A stretch of DNA of 64,000 nt from Rhizophagus irregularis. Taxonomy: Eukaryota. The notes below the pieces were generated by a model. It worked only from the letters and a program-made list of their open reading frames with translations, searched no databases and was not told the origin of the DNA. The stretch is taken from positions 1 through 64,000 of the forward strand of contig NC_089433.1 in the NCBI RefSeq assembly GCF_026210795.1, read 5' to 3'. The translations under genes and the position numbers were made by a program. How positions within the stretch are numbered: position 1 is the first letter of the stretch; the number at the start of each line of letters is the position of its first letter. Positions 22,080 to 35,904 of the stretch are shown piece after piece.

Positions 22080-23442
22080 AACAGAGAAACTAGCAAAGTT
22101 CAAAATAAAAATTCTATATAATTTTGAGCGAATATGCTTATAGCGCGGGCAAAATACTGGGTCAGTAGTAGTACCCCAAAGTAATCAATATAATAATGCC
22201 TAAAAGTAATCGATGTAGTAGTACTCCAAAGTATCCCAGAGTAGAAACTATACAGGAACAAGAGCTAGAAGGCGAAAACAAGCAAGTTTATGGTAACCCA
22301 CTCAAGCAGAATTATATATAGGAAAGAAAAGAGAAATTTCACTTGAGTGGCCTACCACCGATAGGCAGGAAAGAGACTGGAAAGGCAGAAAGGTTCAGGA
22401 GAATACACGAAAAAAGATATGAAAGCGATATAGCCTGAACCAATTCGACACTTCGCATGAGCCTCACACAGCAATCAGAAAGGGCATATAAAGGGCGGGA
22501 TTGCAAGAATGGGCATGAAACACCTTGCACTTCGTGCCTCATCCTCGGCAATCAAAAGGGTTATGGAAGGCAGGATTGCACATCTAGGTCACCAATTCGG
22601 CACTTCGTGCTTCATTCCTGGCAATCAAAAAGTGAGGAAATGGATTGTGAAATGTCTTCGGCAAATAGATGGATTGCAAATTCGGCACTTTGTGCTCATC
22701 CGAAACAATCGAAATGGGCATCTCCAAATCTCCGACCAACTGATACACCAGATCGAATCCTGAATATCCCTTGAAAGTTGCAAGAAGGTTGCGAGAAAGT
22801 GACGGGGAAGTGCCTGGAACTGGCGAGGAACTGGATCACATGATTAACGCAGTAGGCGCAGTAGAATTTCGTTAATTTCGGCCAGCACTATTCCATATTT
22901 TTTTTGCATAAATTTCAGGATGCAATATCTCAGCATCCAGGCATCCGATTCATGCGATCTTAGCATCATTGGAAAGCTCTCAACGCCCTCATCAGAACGA
23001 GCTTAAAACCGCACGAATCCAATCACAGGAAGCCAAGATATTCCGCCCTAAAGATTAGGTCAAAAATATAGCATAATGCCGGCCAAAATCTGATTAGCAA
23101 ATTTACTGCGCCACCCGATCACAACATGATTTTTAGCAATCAAGGCCGGCCAAGCATTTTGGCCACAAAAAGGCTACAGAGCAATGAAAACAAGCAAATA
23201 GTTACAAGGCAGTAAAAAGATAGCAGAACAATAAAATCAAGCAAATATCTATAAAGCAACCAAACAGTCACAGACCAGTGAAAACAGATGGATAGCAATA
23301 AAGCATTAGAAAGGGCATAGACATGTAAAAATAAGTAAGTAGGGATCAATATCTATAAGTAGGCATCACTATAGTGTAAGTAGATAGATTAAGTAGACAT
23401 CACTATATATATAGTGATGTCTACTTAATCTATCTACTTACT
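22080..23442. repeat. Putative terminal (TIR-like) non-coding region of the element
   Basis: No convincing ORF and strong A/purine skew. Three degenerate GCACTT(C/T)GTGC..CAT...CAATC repeats at 22525-22715. Terminal palindrome. Confidence 0.5.
23376..23441. repeat. Perfect 66-bp palindrome
   Basis: GTAAGTAGATAGATTAAGTAGACATCACTATAT|ATATAGTGATGTCTACTTAATCTATCTACTTAC. Confidence 0.97.
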
Positions 23443-23803
23443 ATTTTTTTTAAACAGACTTCTTTTTTTTGTGTAGCAGTAAAAAACTTTTATTTTTTTT
23501 AGGAATTTCATTTTGACTTTTAAGGTTTTCAACTTCGTCAAAATTTTTTTTAGGTTTACCTTTTGCATTTTCATATAAGGAAATATGTAAAATAAAACAA
23601 AAAGAACGAAATATGAAGCATGAATATCTATCTATTATTATAATAAAAATATAAATAATGTGTGAAATTACTATATTTGAAGAGAAATTTCATGTAAAAT
23701 GAATATCAAATTATCCCTTATGGTAAAAATTATCTTATAAAAATCTTCATTATATTTATAAAAAAGTTCATTATAAAAAAAATTCATTACAAAAAGAGTT
23801 ATC

Positions 23804-26502
23804 TATATATATTGTGCCTCAGATTGATTCTATCTGGCAGTCCAAACTGAAAATTAAGATTGGTCTAGTCTGGATTGATACTTTAACTCAGACTGAAATA
23901 TTTAGTTTGGTTCAGTTTGATCCAGAATTATAAATCTAACTTGGGCTGAATTAAACAGGTTAAAACTAGACTGAACTGAAAATTTACCAAAAATTTATCT
24001 GTATTCTAATTCTATAATTCTGACTTGATAATAATCTTTCTGATATGTATAGTTTTATTTTAAGCCTATATTTATTTTGTGTAATATTAATTCATAAAGA
24101 GTTAAAGACGCATAATTTTCTTATATAGTATATATATTATACAAAGCAAATATAAACTTAAATTGAAGCTATACATGTCAGGTAGATTGCTATAGAGCCA
24201 AAATTATGAAATTAGAATACAGTTATAATTTTGGTAAAAATTTTAATTTTGATCATGTGATATTATAATAGCCAATTAAAATTTCAAATTTTTTATTATA
24301 GGACTGAACCAGACTAAATTAAATATAAACTGGTCTGATTCAGTCCTGAATTATCTTTTTAACATAATTCAGATCGGGCTGAAATGAAGCAATTTTTTTT
24401 AGTCTGGTACTAGGTTACTCCTTAACCTGGACAAATGTGAACCATTTAGAGCTTTATTCTTGCCTTAGCTGATAGTTAATGCTATACTTTTCGTCAAAAT
24501 GACAAAATACTAATTAAATTTATTTTGACAAATGTTATGTATTTTAACAGACGTAATTAATTTATAGTAATTTTATAATAACATATGTGCCGATTTTTGG
24601 AATTAGTCTAAATTAAGATTTTTATAAAAATTTAATATTTTAGTAAGATTAACATTACACAAATCTAAATTAAATATGTGTTACATATTTACGTGACTCA
24701 GATTTAATAAAAAATAAAAAAAATTTTTTTAATCAATATTCAAAAATAACGGTAATAACCACTTCTTTTTCCCCATCACTCCCATAACTTTTCCATCATT
24801 TTTCTATTCACTTTTATTAAATATGACAAAAAAGTTTATAAGCAAATATAGCAGTTATTTTTAAGTGGTAAGTAAAAGAAAAAACTTAATATTTTATATA
24901 CATAGATAAGACATAGTTTTTCATAATTTTTAACTTTAATTTATTGTTTTTTCTTTGTAAAAAATACATGCAAATAAAAAATAATTATGATGTAAAATAG
25001 TTGTAAAATGAATAATAAGATATTTTTTTTTCAAAATAACTAATTATATATTTGTTTTTTATCTTTTAAAATTATTTTATTAGATTTATTCTACTAAAAT
25101 CCTTAAATGGCAAATAAAATCTTTTAAATAAAGTAAAAGAATTTGGGATTTTCTTATGAAAGCATTTTTTGGTAAGAAATAAAATTTTCAGATCAGACTT
25201 TATACAGGTGACAAAATCGTGCATTATTATTCCTGGAGATATGCTAACATCATCATTTTATATTTATTTGAAAGTTGAGAATTTGCTCTATCGTAAGAGT
25301 CAACGATCAGGAAAATTGGATCACTGGATGAGGTGTAATTAACGATCAAAGTCAAATCAAATTTAAAAATTGAAAATAAATATATTAGACGTAATTATTC
25401 ACAATCCAGTGATTCAATTCATTCAATTTTAGGCTTATTAGATAGACCTCAATTTTCTCTTTCAAATGAATATAATTTCATTCATGTAACTTGCATCTAC
25501 AGGTATTTAATAAATTTTTTTATATCAGATTTTATCAAATTTATAAAATTTTATATTAATAATATAATTGATGATTCCTAAACATCTACATATATTAAAC
25601 GAATTATTTTAAATTTATTTTAAAGATAAAAGTTGGCATCACCTTAGGGAGCAAATCATTCAAATTGAATCACTATATGTGAAGTAATTAATGATCAAAT
25701 TTAGATAAAATTCAATAATATACTGAACGTGATTACTGAACAACTAGTGATTCGATTCACTTGATTTTAGATTCATTAGATAGATCTCGATTTTTTCTTT
25801 CAAATGAATGTAAATTTATTTGTATAGCTTATTTCTACGAAGAATTATCAATGATTTTGTCATGAGAGTTATATTTGATCTTTTAAATTTTAATGATATC
25901 TTATATTAAAAAAAAATTAAAAATTATATAATTAATTAGTTTTTTTTGCATTATCTGGTATAAATTTATTATTCTTATATAAATGATAATTTATATTTGC
26001 TTTAATAAAATTATTTTTGTGTAAAAAATTAGATTCCAAGGATCAGCCCATATGAATAGTGAATTAGTCTGTTCACCGAAATATGACATAATTAATTAGC
26101 GAAGAAGTATAGTTAACACATCTCAAATTAAAATTGTTACCTGGCACATCTCACTTTACAATAAAAAATTGATTATAATTAAACATTAAATTTTCTAATC
26201 TAATGTACATTTAATTATTAATAAAACTTATTTGCTGTATTTTCAAATATTCAATCCAAAAATTTTAGATCAATTGGATTCATGCTTACTTTTGAAATCT
26301 TCATTTAAAAATATATTTATAATGCAAATTTTTTCAAATAAATATTTACATTGTATATTTAATAGGAATTAAAATTGTGGTTTATTTATAGTAGACTAAA
26401 TTTATACAATTCAAATGAGATGTGTCAGGTGACGATTTTATTAATTTAAGATATGTCAGCTGTCAGCTGAGGCAAAAATCGATCTGAGGTACAACATATA
26501 TA
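23804..26502. mobile_element. Old TIR element/MITE with nested insertions
   Basis: TATATATATTGTGCCTCAGATTGATT matches the reverse complement of AATCGATCTGAGGTACAACATATATA. The inner arm (cacatctc...acctggcacatctc vs gagatgtgtcaggt) is split by later insertions. Confidence 0.55.
24483..26111. mobile_element. Non-autonomous DNA transposon (1.6 kb) with TATACTT termini
   Basis: Ends TATACTTTTCG...GAAGAAGTATA. Imperfect 8-bp TSD GTTAATGC/GTTAACAC. Both ends match the 155-bp element at 48766-48920. Confidence 0.75.
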
Positions 26503-26965
26503 TGGATTTATGTACTATACTTTGTTAAACGTTATATTATATTTAATTAGTAAAATTCAGTATAACAAAAAATTTTTTATATATAAATTTCTGTACCATA
26601 TTGAAGGTTTGTTTTATTGTGAAATTCATTATATCAAAATTCACTATAAGAAAAGTTAACTGTACACCTACGTTAAATAAATTTATTATCATTATAAAAT
26701 AATAAAAATTAATAGGTGATATCATCTAGGCGATTTCACCCCAAGTGAAAATTAGTTATAATCAATAAACTATATTAAATAAACTATCTAAAATAAATTG
26801 TATATATAAATAAATAAAGAAAATAGACTATATATAAAAAAAATTCCCATGTCTAAAATTCCCATAACACTGTATTTGCAAAAAAAAAAATATAAATCCC
26901 ATAAAAGAGTTTCTGATAATATACTTAATCAAATTACTTTAAATAATAATAATAAATAAGTATTA

Positions 26966-27053
26966 GTTATTTACTAATCTAGTAGTATATAAATAGATTA
27001 TCATCTGAAGGATGATGACCCATTTATATACTAAACTAGATCAGTAAATAACT
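26966..27053. repeat. Imperfect hairpin (MITE remnant)
   Basis: AGTTATTTACTAATCTAGT..AGTATATAAAT ... ATTTATATACT..ACTAGATCAGTAAATAACT. Confidence 0.6.
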
Positions 27054-27487
27054 TTTTTATCATCCTGGATATACTAATTGGTCTGCCAGTTTATAACTGG
27101 TGGAAAAAATCCTAAATACCAATTAGTAGCCAGGTGTTAATAAATTATATATAAATAATTCTAATTGATATTAAGTATTGCATTAGCCAACCAAATTTAT
27201 TTTAAGTCATGTGATTTTGTATTATGTTAGCAAAAAAAAAGTTTTAAAATTCTAGCTATTAGATTACAAGATATAAGGGTACCTATTATAGAGGTACCAC
27301 ACTGTTGCATAGATTTTTATATTATGCTATTATTTAGACAAACAGTATTCCTGAAGTGGAACATCTGTCAGTAGTACGGATACGGGCAAAAAAAAGGTAC
27401 TGTACTGTATATTAAATTTTGTCAGTAATCAGACTTGAAAATTGCGAAATTTAATGTAATTGTCTAATTGACCTTTCCCAGTTTATT

Positions 27488-27844
27488 TCGAAATAATTTT
27501 TTAATTTCGGACCAATTTCAGCTTTGTGGCATAACTCCACAGTGTGTAAACGTAATCATCAGAAGATTTCATTGGATTTCAGAGAGTGTAGAGAATTTCT
27601 TAAATAATTTCGACTTTATTGGCAACAATTTCAGCCAGGTTTGTGTATATTTCGGACATATAAAGTTAATTAATGGGACGATGGTAAATAAGCTTAGCTG
27701 AAATTGTTGCTAATAAGAACAAAATTATCTCTATTTTCTCTGGGTTCTGGCAAAAATTTCTGCCAAGTTTCAGCTGGCTACTCTCGTACACTTTGGAGTT
27801 ATGCCACAAAGCCGAAATTGGTCCGAAATTAAACAATTATTTCG
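27488..27844. mobile_element. Foldback MITE
   Basis: Long inverted arms TTAATTTCGGACCAATTTCAGCTTTGTGGCATAACTCCA / TGGAGTTATGCCACAAAGCCGAAATTGGTCCGAAATTAA. Confidence 0.75.
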
Positions 27845-28246
27845 GCAGCATGTATATCACATCCGTTCATCCTGGGTAAACGTTTGGCTGTAGAAGAACG
27901 TCAATTCTTAATTAAAGATTACTAAATTTGTAATAGTCCGCGATGGCTGAGTTGTAATATAGTGGGCAACAATAATAGTGTAACATAATCAAATAATTGA
28001 GAATTTTGGCCGGAATTTTCTAAACTTCTATGATAAACGACAAATAAACTTATATGATTAGTTCCGCGTTAATACGTTTAATAAGCTAATAAAACGTCAT
28101 GCAAACATAACAATAAGAGTAGATCAAGTACATAGATATTTTACTTTTAGATATTTCCGCCACTTGTCTAAAATATATAATATGGGTTAAAAGTGTTTGC
28201 GTTTTCTTTATTACTTTTTCTTAGCATATATACAGTTATTACAGTT

Positions 28247-31200
28247 ATGACAGTTATACATAGTCGAAAGACGTTTTTTGTATTATTATGTTTATTATTT
28301 TTTTTTAATGGTATCGGTTTAATATGGAAAAGGCGTATAACTGAAAAGAATAGCGGTTGGATTTCTGAGTTTAGTATCAAGAACAACATTCAAACCGCGG
28401 AGAGCCTTTCAAATTGGAAAGGAAGTGTATTGGAAACAAAAACAAATACGTTTGTTATCGAAGGGAATAATAGTTTTATTGACTTTAATAATGAGGTGAG
28501 GTTAACAAGATATTTTAATTAAATGTTCGCTAAACTATATAATAATTAATTAATATATGAATCGAATTTTATTCTGAATTTTTATTTTTTATTTAATAAT
28601 CGAAACATTTGCTGATCCAAAATTAATTATTAAGCCTGATCAAAAAATTTTTCACTTTTATTAGTGTGCCGAAATATATGACCACGAAAATAAATGCGAA
28701 TTTGTTCGACAATATTGTCGGGATTATTCTTCTGGTTTAATCAACTATTTACAGTTCTATTTTTGTTCGAAAAAATGGCGATTTTTGATTATGATACTAC
28801 TGGTATATTTTACTTCAATAAAGTTGTGATTATTAGTTTATGATTGGAGGTCTTTATCAAAAAAAAATTTTTACTTCAGTTTTTATGGCTGTTATTCTTG
28901 TTCGGCTTTACTGGCATTGCCGCATCCGAATTCTTTTGTCCTAATTTAAATACGATTGCATCAAAATTGAGATTATCCGAAAGTATGGTAAATAATTTAC
29001 ATATCTTCATTATTGACTAATTTAAATGATTTATTTATAAAACATCTTGTCAACGACCGTAAAGGCCGGCATGACTTTTTTAGCTTTTGGAAATGGATCA
29101 CCTGACCTGTTTAGTACCTTTAGTGCTATATCACACGAATCTGGATCGCTAGCTATAGGAGAGCTTATTGGTGCAGCTAGTTTTATAACTTCAGTTGTTG
29201 CTGGATCTGTGGCCATTGTGTCACCATTTCGCATTAAAAAAGCACCTTTTCTTCGCGATGTCATTTTTTTCTTATTAGCAATCTGTGTTGTTCTTGCCAT
29301 AATCTGGGATGGAAAAATTTTTCTATGGGAGAGTATCATCTTAGTGTTATTCTACTTTATCTATGTATGTACAGTTGCCATAGGATCTTGGTGGGCAAAG
29401 AATCAAAAAAGGCGTAAATGGCAAGAACGAAGAGCAAGGGATGAATATACACCAGCACTATTAATCAATGATGATACAGAAAACGTTCGCGAACATAATG
29501 AAGATGAAATTGGTAATTTTATTGAACTCACCTGCTTTCTTTTCTTATTTTCACGTATTAATCTGATAAAAATTTTAGATACATATAATGAAACCGATTT
29601 TTTGATATCTGAAAATGAAAGCTATGGGAGTCGTGATGTTTCAGTACCTTTAGGAGCAGAATCATATAATCTACCCCCTTATCGTCATCCATCTTTTACA
29701 AGGTCTGCTCGACCAATCTACCATAGAATGAGACCTTCATTATTTGGGGCGATTGAGGTAAAATTAAGAAATAAATTATCTAATGAGTTTGTAATAAAAT
29801 TATTTACTTTAACCTATAGTTTTACAGTTTAGGGATGTTATCAATTCTCTTAAATCAGATAGTAATGCGAGGGCTTTAGGTGTATTTGGACGAAACTATA
29901 CAACAGATTTTTATAATACACGTTCAGGCAGGCCGCGAAGTAGAACAATGCCAATGGATAGACCATTACTTAGTAGATCTTGGGCTAGTGATAACGGCGG
30001 AATTATGTCAATACCTATAATAAATTTTGATAATCCTAATGGTGATTCCAATGTGGATATGATCGATCAAGAGGTTACAAGTGAAAGAAACGCTGAGTCA
30101 TTATCAAATGATCCAATTTCAACTCCTGTATCAAAACAAGAACTCAGTCGGTCGGACGCGTTAAGTATACCACATCTTATGTTGATACCTCCAACCTCGG
30201 ATCAAGAAGCCACTTCGCCTGATAGGATATCGTCATCATCATCATTGTTGTCGCCTCGTTCTCCTGTGCTTCCACCACTAAATTTGAGTGATTTAAATTA
30301 CATATTAGATGGTTCATTGCACTCATCTCCCAGAAATTCCCCATTACAAACTCCTTTGCATTCGCCTGATTTTCCTCCTGTCATGTCCTTTTGGGATAAA
30401 GTCCGCGTACTTTTATTCCCGTGTTTAGAAGGATTCTCTCAAAAATCATTTATTGCAAAACTTATTGCATTATTAGCAACACCAGGATTTTTACTATTAA
30501 TACTCACCTTGCCTGTTGTAGAATCGGAAGAAACTGATTCTGACGATATTGAAAACAAAAATTATGGTACATCTGAAAATCAATTACAAACTCCCACTAT
30601 TGTTGTAGAAAATGACCTTGCTATAACGAATTATGAAGAGAGAAAAGGAACTAGATGGAATCGATGGTTGACTGCCGCTCAACTTGTATTTGCACCTTTA
30701 TTTGTCTCGTTTGTTTTATTCCGTAAGTATTATTATTACTTCTAAAAAAAATTGGTTTGTTAATAACATGGAATGTTAACTATAATTATTATAATTAAAA
30801 TTATTGTTTAGCTGGAGATTATAAGATTTTATTATTTTTTGTCCTTGGGGGTTCCATAGCATCTATAATGTGTATTTTATTTACACGTGACGATAAACCA
30901 CCAAGATTTCATTCATTATTATGCTATATTGGATTTGGTATCGCTATAGTCTGGATTTACCTTGTAGCAAACGAGGTTGTAGGTTTGCTTCAGGTGTGTG
31001 AATATTTTTATTGATCAACGTTTTAAATATAAGTGTTCTTACATATTTTATTATAGGCAATTGGATTGATTATGGGATTAAGCGATGCAATAATTGGATT
31101 GACTATTTTTGCAATGGTGTGTATTTTATCATTATTTTATATATGTACTTTTAAATCACTAATTATACTATTCATGATCTTAAAGGGTAATAGTCTTGGT

Positions 31201-31605
31201 GATTTTGTTGCCAATATTACTATCGCTAAAATGGGATTTCCAACGATGGCGGTGAGCGCATGTTTTGGTGGGCCTATGTTAAGTAAGTTCATACATTTTT
31301 ATTTATTTATTTTGTATCGTTTCATCCGTAACTAAATAATCTTAATTTATTCAGATATTCTTCTTGGAATTGGTATTGCAGGAACATATACAACAATACA
31401 TCTTGGACATGCTATTGATATAACGATAGAACCTACGTTATTTATTTCATCGATGGGATTATTAATAACATTATTTTCTTTCCTAATCTTTTTACCACGA
31501 AATGACTTTCATATGACTCGCGGATGGGGATGTTATATAATATCTGTATATTTAATTTGTATGATTATTAATGTAATATTAGAATTAATAAAAATATACC
31601 ATTAA
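28247..31605 (+). CDS. Cation/Ca2+ exchanger, CCX (Ecm27-like) family, multi-exon
   Basis: Alpha-1 repeat TFLAFGNGSPD, alpha-2 repeat AMGNSLGDFVAN...SACFGGPMLN, many TM segments, GT-AG introns. Confidence 0.9.
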
Positions 31606-31837
31606 ATAATAGTTTGTAATTTTTAAAAAACACAGAAATGATTTTTACACGTGTTTCGTTTACTCGTCGTTATCAATTGATTAATGGATTATGTTATGTG
31701 AGACATATAGTAAGATGATTTCTCTATCCACCCTAGCATCGCCTCATTTTGCCGGGAACGACAATTAGAGTTTTTTTTATAAAAATTTTCTAAATCCACA
31801 GAATAATTATACTACGTGACAAATTACTAGCCCCAAT

Positions 31838-31894
31838 ATCCTAATCCTAATCCCCTTACCCTAAACCTAACTCTAATCCTAACCCTAATTCTAA
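31838..31894. repeat. Degenerate CCCTAA-like (telomere-like) tract
   Basis: cctaat cctaat cccctta ccctaa acctaa ctctaa tcctaa ccctaa ttctaa. Confidence 0.5.
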
Positions 31895-32468
31895 GAACCG
31901 GCAAATGACGATATACTAATCCAGGCTAAAGTTATAGTGCCGGCCAGGATTATCGTTAATTTTTTCGAAAAATTTATGTCAAACGAAATTATTATTCTGG
32001 CCGGCACTACAAATTTGGTCTAAATTGTCCAGAAGTTCGGTATATTATATAACGAATTCACTATATACCGGACTAAACCTCCTGTTCATTATATCCGGTG
32101 GCAACTGTAATATCAAAATTATAGAACTCCTATTTCATATATAGCCGAACGATTGTTTTAAGAATCTCATTACGATGATAATATAACTATCAATGTGTAT
32201 TTACTAAACTATTTATTGGTGCGTTACTTGAAGAAATGAAAAAATTAGATAGTTTAATTAAAGAATCTTTTAGTCTTTACTTTCTCGAATTCAATTATCA
32301 AAGGATCACGAGGTTTATTTTATGTTGAATCTTCCATTACTTACAGGTCCAAATGACGCACATGAATATCAAGCTATTTTGTCCGACTGTAGCGTGGCGC
32401 AGTAAAAATTATCCATATAAAAAATCAACGTTTTTTTTCTTGTTTAATATCTCTTCAAATCAATTAAA

Positions 32469-35400
32469 ATGAACAATAAGAACCAAAATCCTACTAACTT
32501 TGATAAATATCATGAACCAGATATTTCTAATGTTCTTCAAAATTCGCTCGTTTCCCGTGTTTCTGATGAAAATGACGAAAATCAAGATCTTGTGACTACT
32601 TTTAATGGTTTGACGGAAAATAATATAGGTAAGCTTTTACTGTTTTATAAAAGTATCGTGATTCGTTAACTTATTGTAATGTATATAGGGAAAAAAGTCT
32701 CGATACGTGGTTTAGTAACTCATGCTTCTGGTATAAAACTGTTCACGCTTAAAGTTAGCTTCAGATGTATCGAATGCCAAGAAATTCAAACACTTGAATA
32801 CAATAATGGGGGAAGATATTATTATCTTCCATTAAGATGTAAATCCGGATGTAAAAGTAAACAGTTTACTCCTATAATACCTACGATGGAATTCGACGAA
32901 AAAGAAGAAAATACTACTTTTTCTTATTTGAATAAATTTAGGTATAAATTCACTATTATATTTGAATTCAGAAAATTTAGATTTATGTGTATATATATAT
33001 TTCATAGAATGCAAGAAGTTTGGAATGAAAGTGAAAATGAATATAATGAAGATAATTTCCCCAAGATTATTGACTGCGAAGTACGTAATGACTTGGTGGA
33101 TAAAGTTAAAGCAGGCGACTTTGTAGTTGTTAAAGGAAAACTTCAAGTTCATGAAATTTCTGGTGAATCAACTTTTCTTTTTTCCCCCTATATAATTCAA
33201 TTCTAGTCATTCTAGTCACTAAAATTAAAAGTTCCGTTTAGAAACTAATAATAAGAATAATAAAGACAATTCAATGATGCATCATCTTTACATAGACATT
33301 ATGGAGATAAAAAAAGTATCAATATCTAATATCTATGCTGAAAGTGACAAAACGGAAGAAACTATCTTTTCGTTAAGAGATTTATATAACATTAAACAAG
33401 CCACAATTACAACTCATGACCTTTTCAAAGTTGGTTTTTTTTTAAGGAAAAATCTTATTATCTTTCCTTACAAATAACATTAATTTAATTTATTCGACAT
33501 AAAATAGCGCATTGTAAATTCGTTTTGTCCTTCAGTTTATGGACACGAAATCGTTAAAGGTATGGTATTTGGCATTATTTCAAAATTGAATTACATTGGC
33601 AAATGCGAGGTTATATTTAAGTTCTTTGTAATCAGCTGGAATATTACTTTCAATATTTGGGAAAGATGATAATGGTGCAATCCATATTCTTATAGTCGGT
33701 TAGTTTGCTGTTTAATAAGCGCCTTGTATTTTATAATTTTTTTTTAACTTAATATTCTTTAAAGGTGATCCTGGGACAGATAAAATAAATTTGCTTTTAG
33801 CAGCTAATTCCATATCGCCAAACACGGTATTTACGCCAATCAATCAAGGCGATAATCCTTCAATTTTACCTACTTTGAAATATGATAGATATTTTAACGA
33901 ATGGATCCTCGAAGCTGGTATAGTTATAAGTTCATACATTTAAATTGATAGTAGATTAAAATACTTTATTTAGGTTCATTGGCATTGAGCAATAAAGGAA
34001 TCTGTCGAATTGACGACTTTGAAAAAATTGGCAAATTCGATGCTTTAGCTGAAGCTATAACTAGGAAATCATATCCGTAAGTCAATTTTTTTTTTAAAAA
34101 AAAAAAAAATTTCGCTAAATCATTCAATTGCATACAGCGTTAGCAAATATGGAGTTAAATGTACGCTCAAAACTCAAACAAATATTATGTAAGCATAGAT
34201 TAAACAAAATTTTATTAGTATTTCGTTTTTTTAACTGTATTTTCCGGTATAGAGCCTCTGCTAATCCGATCGATGGACACTATAAGTATACTTTGAAATT
34301 TTTTTCTCAAGAAAAAAAAAAAAGATAATAAACTTTAGTATTTAATATTACTTAGCAAAAGCAAAACACTGTCAGAGAATTTGAATGTGAATAATGCTCT
34401 GTTATCAAATTTTGATCTCGTTTTCTTATTGCTGGATATTCCGGATGAAGAGATGGATAGTTATCTTTCAGAACGCGTTATGACAGTTTGTAGTGTTTTT
34501 TTTTTAACTTATTTTATTTAAAAAAAAAATTAAAAAAATTGAGTAAGATTGTGATGCTTTTAAACAAATAATTTAGGTACATTCTGGATTGTGTCCCGAA
34601 GACGGATCACAAAGATATGGTATATTAATTAGTGCAAGATGATTTGTAGTTTCATCCCAAAATTAATTTATTTTTAGTACCTGCAATAAATAGAAACCAT
34701 ACGACAGATGTTCCATTATCTGAACGTTTAAGGCGCGATTTAGATGACGAAAATATGGAAAATCTTCCTAAAGAATTTATTCAAAAATATATTGCTTATG
34801 CACACAAATATGTTCATCCACGGTATATAATAATAATATAATTCTGAAAAAAAGCGAATTTTAAATTGTTCATTTTTAATCGTTTCATTATAGGTTATCA
34901 GAGGAGGCTCGCAGGATGATAAAACTTTTTTACGTTAATATGGGTCGTAAATATCTTTCTATGGATGAAACAAATATTACGATTCGTCAACTAGAAACGA
35001 TGATTAAATTGGCGCAAGCTCGAGCAAGAATGGAATTGCGGGATATAGTAACGTGTTCTGATGTTGAAGAAGTTGCCGAAATTATGTAAATGAAATATCA
35101 TTTTTTCTAGTCTTTGGTTTTATTAATAAAATAATTTTCCTCTAGTCTTTGATTTATTAATGAATTTTCGTTTTCTAGTGAATTCTGTTTATTCAGAATT
35201 CAAAGAGATGAACTTGGAAATTCTCGTTCTCAGTCGAGAAAAGGTGGGAGATCAGGAAAGCAGATTGAAGCAAGGAGGTGAAAAATATTGACAGATTTTA
35301 TTAAATAATAATCTCACTTGAACTATCGCTAATATATTTGTTAATATCACTTTTATCAATAGATTCTTAGGAGAATTACAAAAACGTGGAAATGCTAAAG

Positions 35401-35625
35401 AAAGCGATATATTTACTATGCAGGAAATGCAACAAATCGCGACAGGTAGCAAATTTGAACAATGAAACTTCTTTCAGCACAATGTTATATGAATTAAATT
35501 ATTTATCATTCCTATTTATAGATTATAAAATTCAATTTGATAATTTTCAAGGCTTTATCGATTTTCTTAATGAGCAGAGCTTGTTGCTTAAAAAGGGACC
35601 GGGAACATTTCAATTAAGGTCATAA
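32469..35625 (+). CDS. MCM8-like helicase-family protein with degenerate ATPase motifs, multi-exon
   Basis: Zn finger CIEC...C..GC, SFCPSVYGHEIVKAG, HILIVGDPG, SANPIDGHY, TIRQLETMIKLAQARAR, and an MCM8-like C-terminus FIDFLNEQSLLLKKGPGTFQL. Confidence 0.85.
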
Positions 35626-35904
35626 GATTATTATAATTCCATAGGAGAGAAATTAATCGTTTTCGGACTTTTCGGTAGTGAATGCATGCAGTTTTATCGT
35701 TTAATTGGTACATCAATTAATGAGAAAATCATTTATTATAAGAATAAATTTTCCATTTAAAGACCACGCAGCAATCATTGAATTCAAAAAAAAAGTCGTC
35801 ATTTTCTTTCTTCGAATCTACCAATCCCCCTCGTGCTAGTCGTGAGGAGCTTTATAAAGTTGTTAGAATCATAATAATATTTCTTTGAAAGAAATTATCA
35901 AAAA

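Larger units (their letters stand above)
1..23442 (+). mobile_element. Large Polinton/Maverick-like endogenous virus-like element (left end outside window) carrying Gag-protease, packaging ATPase, integrase and cargo genes
   Basis: Adjacent A32-like ATPase and Polinton-type rve integrase. Dense, mostly co-oriented ORFs. Abrupt shift to very AT-rich DNA after 23442. Terminus reads ...TACTTACT (5'-AGTAAGTA on the other strand), like Polinton AG...CT ends. PolB and a jelly-roll capsid were not recognised in the window. Confidence 0.75.

Noticed and set aside
22339..23349. Short ORFs in the terminal region
   Set aside because: They overlap one another, have no motifs, and coincide with degenerate repeats and strand-skewed non-coding DNA.
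23376..23442. Helitron 3' hairpin
   Set aside because: The palindrome is far longer than a Helitron hairpin, is not followed by a CTRR end, and no Rep/helicase is present.
31838..31894. Possible chromosome end or fusion site
   Set aside because: The tract is short and highly degenerate, lies between ordinary genes, and is more likely part of a small repeat.
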